Assembly (NCBI GenBank): GCA_002785215.1 | Contig: PFMK01000091.1 | Span: 1 to 43,281, forward strand | DNA: 43,281 nucleotides | Direction: 5' to 3' | Source of the DNA: Candidatus Gottesmanbacteria bacterium CG_4_10_14_0_8_um_filter_37_24 | GTDB taxonomy: Bacteria; Patescibacteriota; Microgenomatia; 2-02-FULL-39-11 | Part shown: in pieces, positions 1-8,030 of the stretch | How positions within the stretch are numbered: position 1 is the first letter of the stretch | Layout of the letters: each line of letters opens with the position of its first letter | Notes under the pieces: generated by a model | Database searches by the model: none | Told to the model about the DNA's origin: nothing | The model's input: only the letters and a program-made list of their open reading frames with translations | Program-made: the position numbers and the translations under genes

Positions 1-335
1 GGGAATAGCCAAACTGTATGCTTAAAAATGTTGCAGTAATATTTGTCCCTTGCAACAAACCACGAAGATATGTAAAAATCTGGACAGGCATAGCTTTACC
101 TCCTAGTAAGACTATGCCTCATTTATATTTAGCTTGTCAAATCAATCACTATGTTGTTAAGGTGCGTAAGTACTGCTTGGGTATTAAAGGATAGATAATG
201 AGTCAGTGATTTCATGAAGGTAAAATATAAGAATCAGTATACATCTCCTTGGATTTGAATCCCTGCTTTACTGGAAGGAAGAGCTTCTACTTCATCTGTC
301 TAGAAAGTCCGGCTTTCCCCCTCAAGATCCTTCGG

Positions 336-407
336 TGGGCCTGCTTGGGATCGAACCAAGTACCTGTTGTTTATAAGACAACCGCTCTACCGGTGAGCTA
401 CAGGCCC
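336..407 (-). tRNA. tRNA-Ile with anticodon UAU (AUA decoder)
   Basis: The reverse complement folds as a cloverleaf. Acceptor GGGCCUG/CAGGCCC; D arm GCUC-ACCGGUA-GAGC; anticodon arm GUUGU-CUUAUAA-ACAAC; variable AGGUA; T arm CUUGG-UUCGAUC-CCAAG; discriminator A. The 3' CCA is not fully encoded (CCG follows). Confidence 0.9.
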
Positions 408-613
408 GATATAATCAGTAATATGATGATAGACGATATAAAATATAACGACGAAGGAATTTTAACAAGTATTTATTATTTTGACAAATTTCCGGTACTA
501 TTGATTAAACTGTAGGATTATAATCCTTACTTTATAAATCAGTAAAGTGCTTAATCATGAACTTATCTCAATTATTCCCCATATCCCCATCTTTCCTAAT
601 TCCTCTCTATGTT

Positions 614-2971
614 CTACAACTTCGCCCTTTGTGAGATTTCTGCTTCCACCAACTCTCTCGGCCGTCCGTATTTCAACCGGGATAGCGAAAGTATTGCTTC
701 TGCTACCTTCTGGTTTTCCATTTTTTTCATGGCACTCATATCTTTTCTTAAATCTACAGAGAAAGGCGGCATGGGTTTGTTACCTACAATTGTGTTGATA
801 TAAGCATTGTAAACATCCACATTTATTAAGTCAGATTCAGTAAATACAGAAGAGAACCAGTGTTGTAGATAATTGGCATCAGTTACACCTACGCGAAAAG
901 TAATCAGAGTACCTACGTTGCCGAATACGGCATTTTTTACTTCTTCATCCATCTGGCCGATAAACTGGTTTGCCACACATAAGTTCAGACGGAACTTTCT
1001 GGCTTCAGACAGTATTTGAGCAAAGTCGGGTGTTGCGAAATTCTGGAATTCATCAACATATAAAAAAAAGTCACGCCTTTTATCCTCAGGTGTGTCTACC
1101 CTGCTCATTGCTGCCGCCAGTATTTTCGGAATCATAATAAGACCTAAGAAGCTGGAATTCTCTTCACCAAGCTTACCTTTGGCAAGATTAATAAGAAGAA
1201 TCTTGCCTTCATCCATGACTTTTCGGAAGTCAAAGGCGCTTTTACTCTGTCCAATTATGTTTCTCATCAGTTTATTTGTAACAAACCGTCCAAACTTGGA
1301 GACGATATAATCCAATACTTCTGACTTATGAAAATCAGATGTCTGTGCGATCTGATCAGTCCAATATCGCCTGACAATAGGATCCTGAACTTTTGGTAAT
1401 AACTCCTGGACATACGCGGCGTCAGTAAGCACGCGGACTATTTCCACAAAAGATGCACCCGGTTCGACCATCACTGTAAGCATGGCGTTTCTTATGGCAT
1501 GTTCAAATCTGGGTCCGATAATACCGGTTTTCTGGGGATCGTAAAGCTTGTACATCAGACCGATTATTGAAGAACAAATAAAATGCTTCTGTTCTTCCGT
1601 ATAAGCTTCTAGCATATTAAGTCCCATTGGCCTCTCAGTATCAGAAGGATCAAAATATATGACATCTTCGGCTCTCTCCGGCGGGATAAGAGGCAAGATA
1701 CCTTCGACTAGATCACCATGCGGATCAATCACTGCCAAACCATTCCCTGCCCTTATATCCTGTAAAATCATATCTTTTAAAAGTACAGATTTCCCCACAC
1801 CGGTTTTCCCAATAATATAAAGATGTCTTCTCCTATCATCAAGTTGCATATACACTGGCTTTGATATACCTCTATAAGTACTTTTACCTACAAACATACC
1901 TGAAGAAGGAATTTCTACTGGTGCCGGAGCTCTTTTTGAGGTCAACCAACTTATATGTGGAGTCTCAATTGATTTATTAGGGAAATGGAAAATGGTTGCC
2001 AGTTCCTCACTTGACAATACAGAATATTGCTTCCTGGGCCAGTTAAAAACAGGAAAATATCTGTATATGAAATCAACCATAAACGATCCTTTCATAAATT
2101 GTTTGGCTCTCACGAAATGATTCTGATCGGAGGAAAATTGAGCCAGGGTAGTCTCTATATTATGCAGATGCATTTTCGCTGATTCCAAAGATGAAGAAGA
2201 AATAACCACCCTTATTACCGTATCGAAACCGGGTTTAGAAACTTTACTTTCAATTGATTCTAATACTTTTGGATCTACATTATAATGAGCTTTTTCCGGG
2301 TCGGCCTCTGTCTTTTTAATACTTGAAATATAGCTTCTACCTGTTTTTTTATATTTCTCGCCGCCTGGAGAAACCAGTATTTGAATGGCTGCACCTTCAC
2401 CTGTCTGCATTTTACCTAAGGCTGAGGTTATGGCAGAAAGAGGATCAACAGGAAGGTCTTTATATACTTTCATCGGATAGAAATCATTATGTTTCAAGAT
2501 GTAAGACGCATATGCCACCTTACCTTTTTCATCAAAAATATTGTATTCGTCTACTTCTTTGATGTCTGCTCCCGGATACATACCATATATCTGTTTCTCG
2601 AGAAGATCCCTGATATGGTGATTTACGGAAACATAAAATCGTATATCCCCTGGTAAGCCGATAATCTCAAAAGCAATATGTTCCTTGGGCGTAAGAAATG
2701 AAAAAAGACCTCCATGGGAAAGTGAAGAAAGTACGCCGAAAAATTGTTCCGCAGCATCTATCTTTACCTCATTGGCCTTTGGTACCACAATTTGTAGTAA
2801 AACAAACTCCAAACTCTGTTTTTCCCGATTCCGGTATTTCCACCACAGGAAAAGAAAATAAAATAGTAAAAAAAAGCCTATAAAGAAAAGAGTTACAGCC
2901 GCAAATGAAATGGCAAAATTCTCTATCTGATAAATAAAATTTGGATTGATACCACTGTCAATAATTGGCAT
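614..2971 (-). CDS. Membrane-anchored P-loop NTPase of the TraD/TraG/VirD4 (type IV coupling protein-like) family
   Basis: 785-aa ORF with an N-terminal hydrophobic segment (AVTLFFIGFFLLFYFLFLWW). Walker A is GKTGVGKS and the Walker B-like motif is FFLYVDEFQNF, followed by ARKFRLNLCVANQ. This layout is typical of DNA-translocating coupling ATPases. Confidence 0.7.
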   Translation of the reverse strand: MPIIDSGINPNFIYQIENFAISFAAVTLFFIGFFLLFYFLFLWWKYRNREKQSLEFVLLQIVVPKANEVKIDAAEQFFGVLSSLSHGGLFSFLTPKEHIAFEIIGLPGDIRFYVSVNHHIRDLLEKQIYGMYPGADIKEVDEYNIFDEKGKVAYASYILKHNDFYPMKVYKDLPVDPLSAITSALGKMQTGEGAAIQILVSPGGEKYKKTGRSYISSIKKTEADPEKAHYNVDPKVLESIESKVSKPGFDTVIRVVISSSSLESAKMHLHNIETTLAQFSSDQNHFVRAKQFMKGSFMVDFIYRYFPVFNWPRKQYSVLSSEELATIFHFPNKSIETPHISWLTSKRAPAPVEIPSSGMFVGKSTYRGISKPVYMQLDDRRRHLYIIGKTGVGKSVLLKDMILQDIRAGNGLAVIDPHGDLVEGILPLIPPERAEDVIYFDPSDTERPMGLNMLEAYTEEQKHFICSSIIGLMYKLYDPQKTGIIGPRFEHAIRNAMLTVMVEPGASFVEIVRVLTDAAYVQELLPKVQDPIVRRYWTDQIAQTSDFHKSEVLDYIVSKFGRFVTNKLMRNIIGQSKSAFDFRKVMDEGKILLINLAKGKLGEENSSFLGLIMIPKILAAAMSRVDTPEDKRRDFFLYVDEFQNFATPDFAQILSEARKFRLNLCVANQFIGQMDEEVKNAVFGNVGTLITFRVGVTDANYLQHWFSSVFTESDLINVDVYNAYINTIVGNKPMPPFSVDLRKDMSAMKKMENQKVAEAILSLSRLKYGRPRELVEAEISQRAKL

Positions 2972-2996
2972 ATTATAAAATCAAAAAATTTGTTGT

Positions 2997-3461
2997 TTAA
3001 GTTCTCACTCGGATTATCTTACCGTGAATTACCTTTAACGCAATATGTGCTTTCTGCAGTTTTCTGATACACCAAATAGATAACCATTTAAGCGCGTTGG
3101 TAATACTTATATGTAATCCCGTAACCACTTGCTGATCAGAGATCGGTAACACTATTTTTGGTAAAGTCTGAGACGCGGAAACCGGTACAGAAGATCCTGA
3201 AGGAGTCACTCCTAATTTCTTAATATCAGGCGGCAACTCGATAGTTTCGGAGACTTTCATAACCCCGGCTCTCTCTACTTCTTTTGGGACTTCTATCTCT
3301 GAAGATATCTCTCTTGCCGTCTCACTCCCACCGCTTATTGGCATTACCTCACGCTCTTTACTTATTGAAGCAGAACCTGTTTGGACATTACTTTTATTTT
3401 TAAGATCAGGAACCTGATCATTAGAATTTTGGGATGATTTCCCCTGAACGGCAGTATTCAT
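2997..3461 (-). CDS. Hypothetical protein (polar low-complexity N-terminus, hydrophobic helix near the C-terminus)
   Basis: 154-aa ORF, 25 nt upstream of and co-oriented with the ATPase gene. I recognised no motif. Confidence 0.45.
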   Translation of the reverse strand: MNTAVQGKSSQNSNDQVPDLKNKSNVQTGSASISKEREVMPISGGSETAREISSEIEVPKEVERAGVMKVSETIELPPDIKKLGVTPSGSSVPVSASQTLPKIVLPISDQQVVTGLHISITNALKWLSIWCIRKLQKAHIALKVIHGKIIRVRT

Positions 3462-3554
3462 AAAATTATTATTAAATTGTATACCTTAGTAAATTTATAC
3501 TAAAAAACTTAAGGCTATTCCATTTTATACCCTTTTACACTGGAAATGATATTT

Positions 3555-4166
3555 TCAGTGCAAATCTGCTTTATTTCTTTTTGCCGCAAATCGGAGTAAA
3601 ACGGGTATAAATTTATACGATTTGCTGAGCTCCACAATTGTGAACGTCAAGGGAATAATAACCATATTCCCGATTAGATTGTATTTTAAAAACGGTATAC
3701 CAAGTATATATGCATCAAACAGGCCGGAAAAACTCCTGTCATACATACCCCAGCTATCCAGAATCCAAACACCGAAATTCGTCCATAGATAAAACCATAC
3801 GCTCGCACCTAAGCCTAAAAATGTTGACTGTATAATTTTATAAAATGACTTTTTTTTAATGAAATGCTTTAATAATCCATTAATACTGCTATTCTTGAAA
3901 AAGGCAATACTTACCAGACCAATAATAATATAAGCACTCCAGGTGAAAATAAAAATATTTGTATTTCCTATGACCACATCAGATACTAACATTATCCCTA
4001 AGGGCACAAATACCGACCAGTAAATCCCGAGATACGAAGCAGCAAGTAAAGTTGCTACGGTAACAAATTCAACATTCGGTCCGAGATGAAAATAGGTTCT
4101 TGAGAAAATTCCCAGCAAGACCAGAATAATCGCCGGGATTAATTTATTTTTTTTTATATTAAGCAT
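3555..4166 (-). CDS. Polytopic membrane protein, possibly a vitamin/cobalamin transporter S-component-like protein
   Basis: 203-aa ORF with about 5-6 hydrophobic helices. It starts 15 nt after the DUF4430 gene, in the operon downstream of the cobalamin riboswitch. The function is inferred from context only. Confidence 0.6.
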   Translation of the reverse strand: MLNIKKNKLIPAIILVLLGIFSRTYFHLGPNVEFVTVATLLAASYLGIYWSVFVPLGIMLVSDVVIGNTNIFIFTWSAYIIIGLVSIAFFKNSSINGLLKHFIKKKSFYKIIQSTFLGLGASVWFYLWTNFGVWILDSWGMYDRSFSGLFDAYILGIPFLKYNLIGNMVIIPLTFTIVELSKSYKFIPVLLRFAAKRNKADLH

Positions 4167-4181
4167 AAAAGTAAATCAGTT

Positions 4182-4640
4182 TTAGAATGAACTGTATTTC
4201 CATTCAACCGTATCTCCGGGTTTAATTATATATTGATCTGCCGACTTATCCCCTGATCGATCGTTTACCGAGTACATCCACGCCTTTTCATTTGAGTTCT
4301 GTTTCCCTCCAATAGAGGTAACCATCAAACCAAAATCGTATTCTTTTGTAAAAATCTCTAAACCGCTGTCTTTTGAAGCGATCACTAATGACTCATAAGC
4401 GTTATTTGCTTTTACTTCACCCGTAATTATATTACCGTCACCAAAATCAATTACAACTTTCTCCGTGGTTTTTTCCGGAATCTCAGTCGGAGAAATAATT
4501 TTTGGTCCGCTTTTCTTTCCTGCTATCTGACTGTTAGATTTATCTGGATAATAATTTCCGCCTCTTAGACTTAAAGTTGCTCCAACAAACAGAAAAATAC
4601 TTGCAATGATTATTATTTTTATCAGGTTTTTTCTGATCAT
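4182..4640 (-). CDS. DUF4430 domain protein (transcobalamin-like fold family), membrane-anchored/secreted
   Basis: N-terminal signal/anchor IIIIASIFLFVGATL. The C-terminal signature WMYSVNDRSGDKSADQYIIKPGDTVEWKY matches the DUF4430 pattern (W.Y.VNG...y.lk.GD.i.w.y). Confidence 0.7.
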   Translation of the reverse strand: MIRKNLIKIIIIASIFLFVGATLSLRGGNYYPDKSNSQIAGKKSGPKIISPTEIPEKTTEKVVIDFGDGNIITGEVKANNAYESLVIASKDSGLEIFTKEYDFGLMVTSIGGKQNSNEKAWMYSVNDRSGDKSADQYIIKPGDTVEWKYSSF

Positions 4641-4657
4641 ACATGTAATCTATTTTG

Positions 4658-7168
4658 TCATATATAATCCTCTATCACAAGTGGACGATATTGATAAATA
4701 ACTTTAAAAAGAGGAAAAATCAACTGCTTTTTTTTCTGACTTTGTTTTTGAGTTGGATCAAAATTATTCATCTTTTTACTAAATCCAATTCTTGACAAAT
4801 ATTCAATACTGCGAAGACTCTCCATCCTACAGGACGGGGTTCCTTTAAGGTATTGTCTGAAACCCCGTACCGAAAGTCCCAAAGTACCACTCATCCCCGT
4901 TTTGACAAGGCGGGGTCTTCTGGTACTGGGGTAAGGATAAGAAATTGAATACCTGTCAGGATTTATTGAGCCTATATTACCTGATATGTTTCCAATGTCT
5001 GTATGGGGAAAAATTGCATTCGTAGAAAATCCCAATTGAGAAATTATTTCACCCTTCAACGCTAGATATACCCCTCCCAAAATACAAGCTAGGATAAAAA
5101 TAAGTGAACAAGAATCAGGAATTATTCCAGATTCCGGATGTTGAATTCTACTGGAATATGTCTTATCGTCTAATAATACCAACTCAAACTCATTGAGTAG
5201 TCTTTCGTATGACCTAAAAGTACTACCAAGTGATTCAACATCAACTAATTTATCATCGAACGAATCAACCTCTATCAAAACACGACTGGCTGCCTCTTTC
5301 ACTTCCCGATACAAAAGAGCAGAAAAGAAACACCTTTTTGCTTTTGTCACATCCTTTTTGTTGATTAATGAAATTAATGCAATGATTCTAACTACAGCTT
5401 CATATCTTTTATCTTCTATAGATATTTCATTTTCATGATTAAGGTGGGATATAAAAACTACCAGCACTTTTTGTCCTAATATAATTATCGCGTCGGAGAG
5501 TGGTTTTTCATCTACCTCATCTTCAATATCATCCTTTTTATCATGATCTAAACTAATACGGTCATCTGTTTCTTCTTCCGTCAAAATCCTAAATAATATC
5601 TCCAGACCAGGTGCAAAAGCAGTTACCATATCCTCCGTATACATTACCTCAGGCTCGGTAAAATTGTTACCCAATAGATCTATAACTGACCTGTCAATTA
5701 TACCGGTAGCATTATTGGGGATTACGTCCGAGAAGTATGATAATAATCCTTTTCGTACTTCCCTTTCTGTACTTTCAAATACTCTCATATACGGATCCGG
5801 AAAATCAAATATTTGTTTTGGAAAGACCCTACACTCAATAGCAGGACTAATATTTATATCTTCAGATGCAGCGGTAAGATTTGAATAAGAACGATGCGAT
5901 ACTTCTACCCTTATTTGTCCGTTTGATTCAGGTAAATTGTCGACTTTTTTATCCGTTGACTTCCCGGGTTTTTCCATCATAGTGTCTTCACCATATAAAA
6001 TATTTGTGAAGGCTTTGTTCACACCATTTTTATCGGATGCAGTTCTGCCTACAACCGACATAACTGCGAACAAACGATTTAGTAACTGTTCTCTTGACCC
6101 AAATAATTCAGTTATTCTCCTGCTACCCGTACGTTCTTCTGTATTTTCAGGTTTACGATCTTCAGCCTGAATATTTTCTTTCTGAAATAATGCACCTGTC
6201 TTTGGTTTTGCAGAAAGGATCATAGTTATTTCTGACTCTGTATTGGCATCTCCCTTATTTTTTCTTTTTTCATCTTCTTTCACATCTTGCGTATCTTTGT
6301 TAGAAAGAAAAAGAAATCCATGTACTATAGATTGAAAAGCAACTGCAATATCAGATGTATATGCTTCCTTCAGCCTGCTTTCATAAGTATCCTTATAAGC
6401 TTCGATCTTTTGTTGTCTTTCTCTATCAGGTACTTGTACATCTTTCTCAAATCTCCTTACAAATTCTTCATAAAGACCTTTTTCCTGAATGCTTAATGAA
6501 GATCTATAAGCATGATAAACATGCTTGTTTCCGAAGTCAGACTTACCTTTTATTATTAATGTCTGATCTTCTACCCTAGAATCCGTATCTTTCCCCCCAC
6601 CCAGTCGCCTCATCATATTTGTCAAAGTCTCCCTAGTTCCGTAAAGTTGATATGAATATGCAGTCACCATATCTCCATCTTTCTTCCATAAATATGCACG
6701 ATGGGGAGGATGAGACGCCTCTTCTCTATTGTCTTTGCCGGGACTTACCCAAAACATGGAGATAGCACCGTCTGTACTGGCCAAATTACGGGCCCGTTTA
6801 TCAATCCTTTCCCATTCCTTCCTTTCACCAAATCCGTATTCGCCCGCAGCTGTCCAAACTTGAATCGGCTCATTATTAAAATCGGGTGAAATCAGCGTTT
6901 GTTCTTCCTTAAATTCCCCTGTGATTTTATCTCTGTATTGTTTTCTAGCAACTTTTAATCTGTAAATACCTATTGGATCAATATCTATATGTTCGCTTTT
7001 CAAAGTAGCCAGATCAGAAGCTTGAGATTTAATTGCCATCTCTTTTCCCTCCCGCAAATGTCTTCCAAAAGATATTCTGGAAAGTGAAGAACTGTAACCG
7101 CATAGACCGTCCTGCGAGACAGTTCCCGCGGTATTTCCAATCATTTCCGATAGTGTTTCAATCGACAT
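4658..7168 (-). CDS. Large uncharacterised protein (836 aa as drawn) with one C-terminal-proximal TM helix; first gene after the cobalamin riboswitch
   Basis: Uninterrupted ORF. The ATG at 7168 lies only 14 nt after the terminator U-tract and has no SD. The internal ATG at 7037-7039 (MAIKSQ...) is preceded by GGGAGGG (7047-7053) at 7-nt spacing and may be the true start. I recognised no family motif. Confidence 0.7.
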   Translation of the reverse strand: MSIETLSEMIGNTAGTVSQDGLCGYSSSLSRISFGRHLREGKEMAIKSQASDLATLKSEHIDIDPIGIYRLKVARKQYRDKITGEFKEEQTLISPDFNNEPIQVWTAAGEYGFGERKEWERIDKRARNLASTDGAISMFWVSPGKDNREEASHPPHRAYLWKKDGDMVTAYSYQLYGTRETLTNMMRRLGGGKDTDSRVEDQTLIIKGKSDFGNKHVYHAYRSSLSIQEKGLYEEFVRRFEKDVQVPDRERQQKIEAYKDTYESRLKEAYTSDIAVAFQSIVHGFLFLSNKDTQDVKEDEKRKNKGDANTESEITMILSAKPKTGALFQKENIQAEDRKPENTEERTGSRRITELFGSREQLLNRLFAVMSVVGRTASDKNGVNKAFTNILYGEDTMMEKPGKSTDKKVDNLPESNGQIRVEVSHRSYSNLTAASEDINISPAIECRVFPKQIFDFPDPYMRVFESTEREVRKGLLSYFSDVIPNNATGIIDRSVIDLLGNNFTEPEVMYTEDMVTAFAPGLEILFRILTEEETDDRISLDHDKKDDIEDEVDEKPLSDAIIILGQKVLVVFISHLNHENEISIEDKRYEAVVRIIALISLINKKDVTKAKRCFFSALLYREVKEAASRVLIEVDSFDDKLVDVESLGSTFRSYERLLNEFELVLLDDKTYSSRIQHPESGIIPDSCSLIFILACILGGVYLALKGEIISQLGFSTNAIFPHTDIGNISGNIGSINPDRYSISYPYPSTRRPRLVKTGMSGTLGLSVRGFRQYLKGTPSCRMESLRSIEYLSRIGFSKKMNNFDPTQKQSQKKKQLIFPLFKVIYQYRPLVIEDYI

Positions 7169-7181
7169 ATTTCAAGACATG

Positions 7182-7208
7182 AAAAAACCCTCTTTCCGAA
7201 GGAGGGTT
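7182..7208 (-). terminator. Intrinsic terminator, probable expression platform of the cobalamin riboswitch
   Basis: The minus strand reads AACCCUC-CUUCGGAAA-GAGGGUU followed by UUUUUUC. It lies about 100 nt downstream of the aptamer and immediately upstream of the 836-aa ORF. Confidence 0.7.
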
Positions 7209-7287
7209 ATTATAAATCAGTATTTTTGATTTAAAAGGTTAGAGAATAATCGTCAAATTAACTGATCTTTTCTATCTCCTGCTCGGG

Positions 7288-7418
7288 ATTTCCCGTCTTA
7301 ACGGGATATGCTTGAAGGTACGTGTCGGACTTGTATTGGCAAACAGATAAAGCTTCACCAATATTTACCGTTGCGGCACAGTTCCCAATTTCCATGGGAT
7401 TCCATAACACATCAAGCT
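7288..7418 (-). promoter_or_regulatory. Cobalamin (B12) riboswitch
   Basis: The minus strand carries a P1 helix GCUUGA (7412-7417) / UCAAGC (7310-7315). The core UGGAAUCCCAUGGAAAUUGGGAACUGUGCCGCAACGGUAAA aligns almost position-for-position with the E. coli btuB core GGGAAUCCAGUGCGAAUCUGGAGCUGACGCGCAGCGGUAAGG. A B12-box-like AAGUCCGACACGUACC is present. An extra hairpin UCCCGU-UAAG-ACGGGA lies at 7291-7306. Confidence 0.85.
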
Positions 7419-7965
7419 ATTTCTTATTTTTTTTCCAAATTGATTCAGTAACACCTGCTTTGAAATTCAAGTATCTTGCCATGATAAAAAATAAGTCTGA
7501 TAGACGATTTAAATAGATGATTATTCTGCTGTCGACTTTTTCCTTTAAGGATAAACCTACTATCTCCCTCTCTACCCGCCTGCATACGGCTCTGGCAAAA
7601 TATAGAAAGGTCGCACCTTCAACGCCTTCAGGTAGTATAAAATTGGACAATTCAGGAAGTTTGTTATCCAGATCGTCAATTATTCTTTCCATTTCCGTCA
7701 CTCTTTTTTCTAATTCGTTAATATTATCAGGAAATCCTGCAAGAGAACTACCGACTATAAACAAGTCTTTTTGTATTACGTTGATGAATTTTTCCAACCT
7801 CTTGTCATGAAGTTTAACAATAACAATCCCAAGTAAGCTATTTAGCTCGTCAATAGATCCATAAGTATGAACACGCAAATTATTCTTGAAAAGACGCTGT
7901 CCGCCGTAAAGGGATGTTTTTCCAGAATCCCCTGTACGGGTATATATATTTACTTTCGAAGGCAT
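7417..7965 (-). CDS. pduO: PduO-type ATP:cob(I)alamin adenosyltransferase
   Basis: The N-terminus IYTRTGDSGKTSLYGGQRL is the PduO/MMAB family signature. Length is 182 aa. Confidence 0.88.
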   Translation of the reverse strand: MPSKVNIYTRTGDSGKTSLYGGQRLFKNNLRVHTYGSIDELNSLLGIVIVKLHDKRLEKFINVIQKDLFIVGSSLAGFPDNINELEKRVTEMERIIDDLDNKLPELSNFILPEGVEGATFLYFARAVCRRVEREIVGLSLKEKVDSRIIIYLNRLSDLFFIMARYLNFKAGVTESIWKKNKK

Positions 7966-7990
7966 ATTGTTTCTTTATCTGAAGGACAAT

Positions 7991-8030
7991 ATATTTTCCC
8001 CTGTCAGCATATATTTTCCCCTGTCAGCAT
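7991..8030. repeat. Perfect 2 x 20-bp tandem duplication (atattttcccctgtcagcat)
   Basis: Copies at 7991-8010 and 8011-8030 are identical. The second copy contains the nrdJ stop codon (8024-8026). Confidence 0.95.

Noticed and set aside
241-335. Possible second tRNA or tRNA-like element downstream of tRNA-Ile (GGATTCAAATCC resembles a T-loop)
   Set aside because: I could not build a T stem, acceptor stem or anticodon arm on either strand. Only short local hairpins (GAAAG-CCGGA-CUUUC) form, so it stays unannotated.
249-515. 88-aa ORF on the plus strand (TTG start)
   Set aside because: It runs antisense through tRNA-Ile (336-407) and has no coding signature. It is an artefact of the tRNA region.
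5193-6889. Several 60-80-aa plus-strand ORFs inside the 836-aa gene, and similar antisense ORFs inside nrdJ, the ABC genes, the MTase and others
   Set aside because: All are embedded antisense in long, better-supported ORFs. They show low-complexity, stop-poor AT-rich translation with no motifs.
7991-8030. 14-nt identity (atattttcccctgt) between the tandem repeat and the leader/5' end of tRNA-Asn (25696-25709), considered as an att-like relic
   Set aside because: A 14-mer match in an AT-rich 43-kb window, counting both strands, is expected by chance several times. No flanking similarity extends it.
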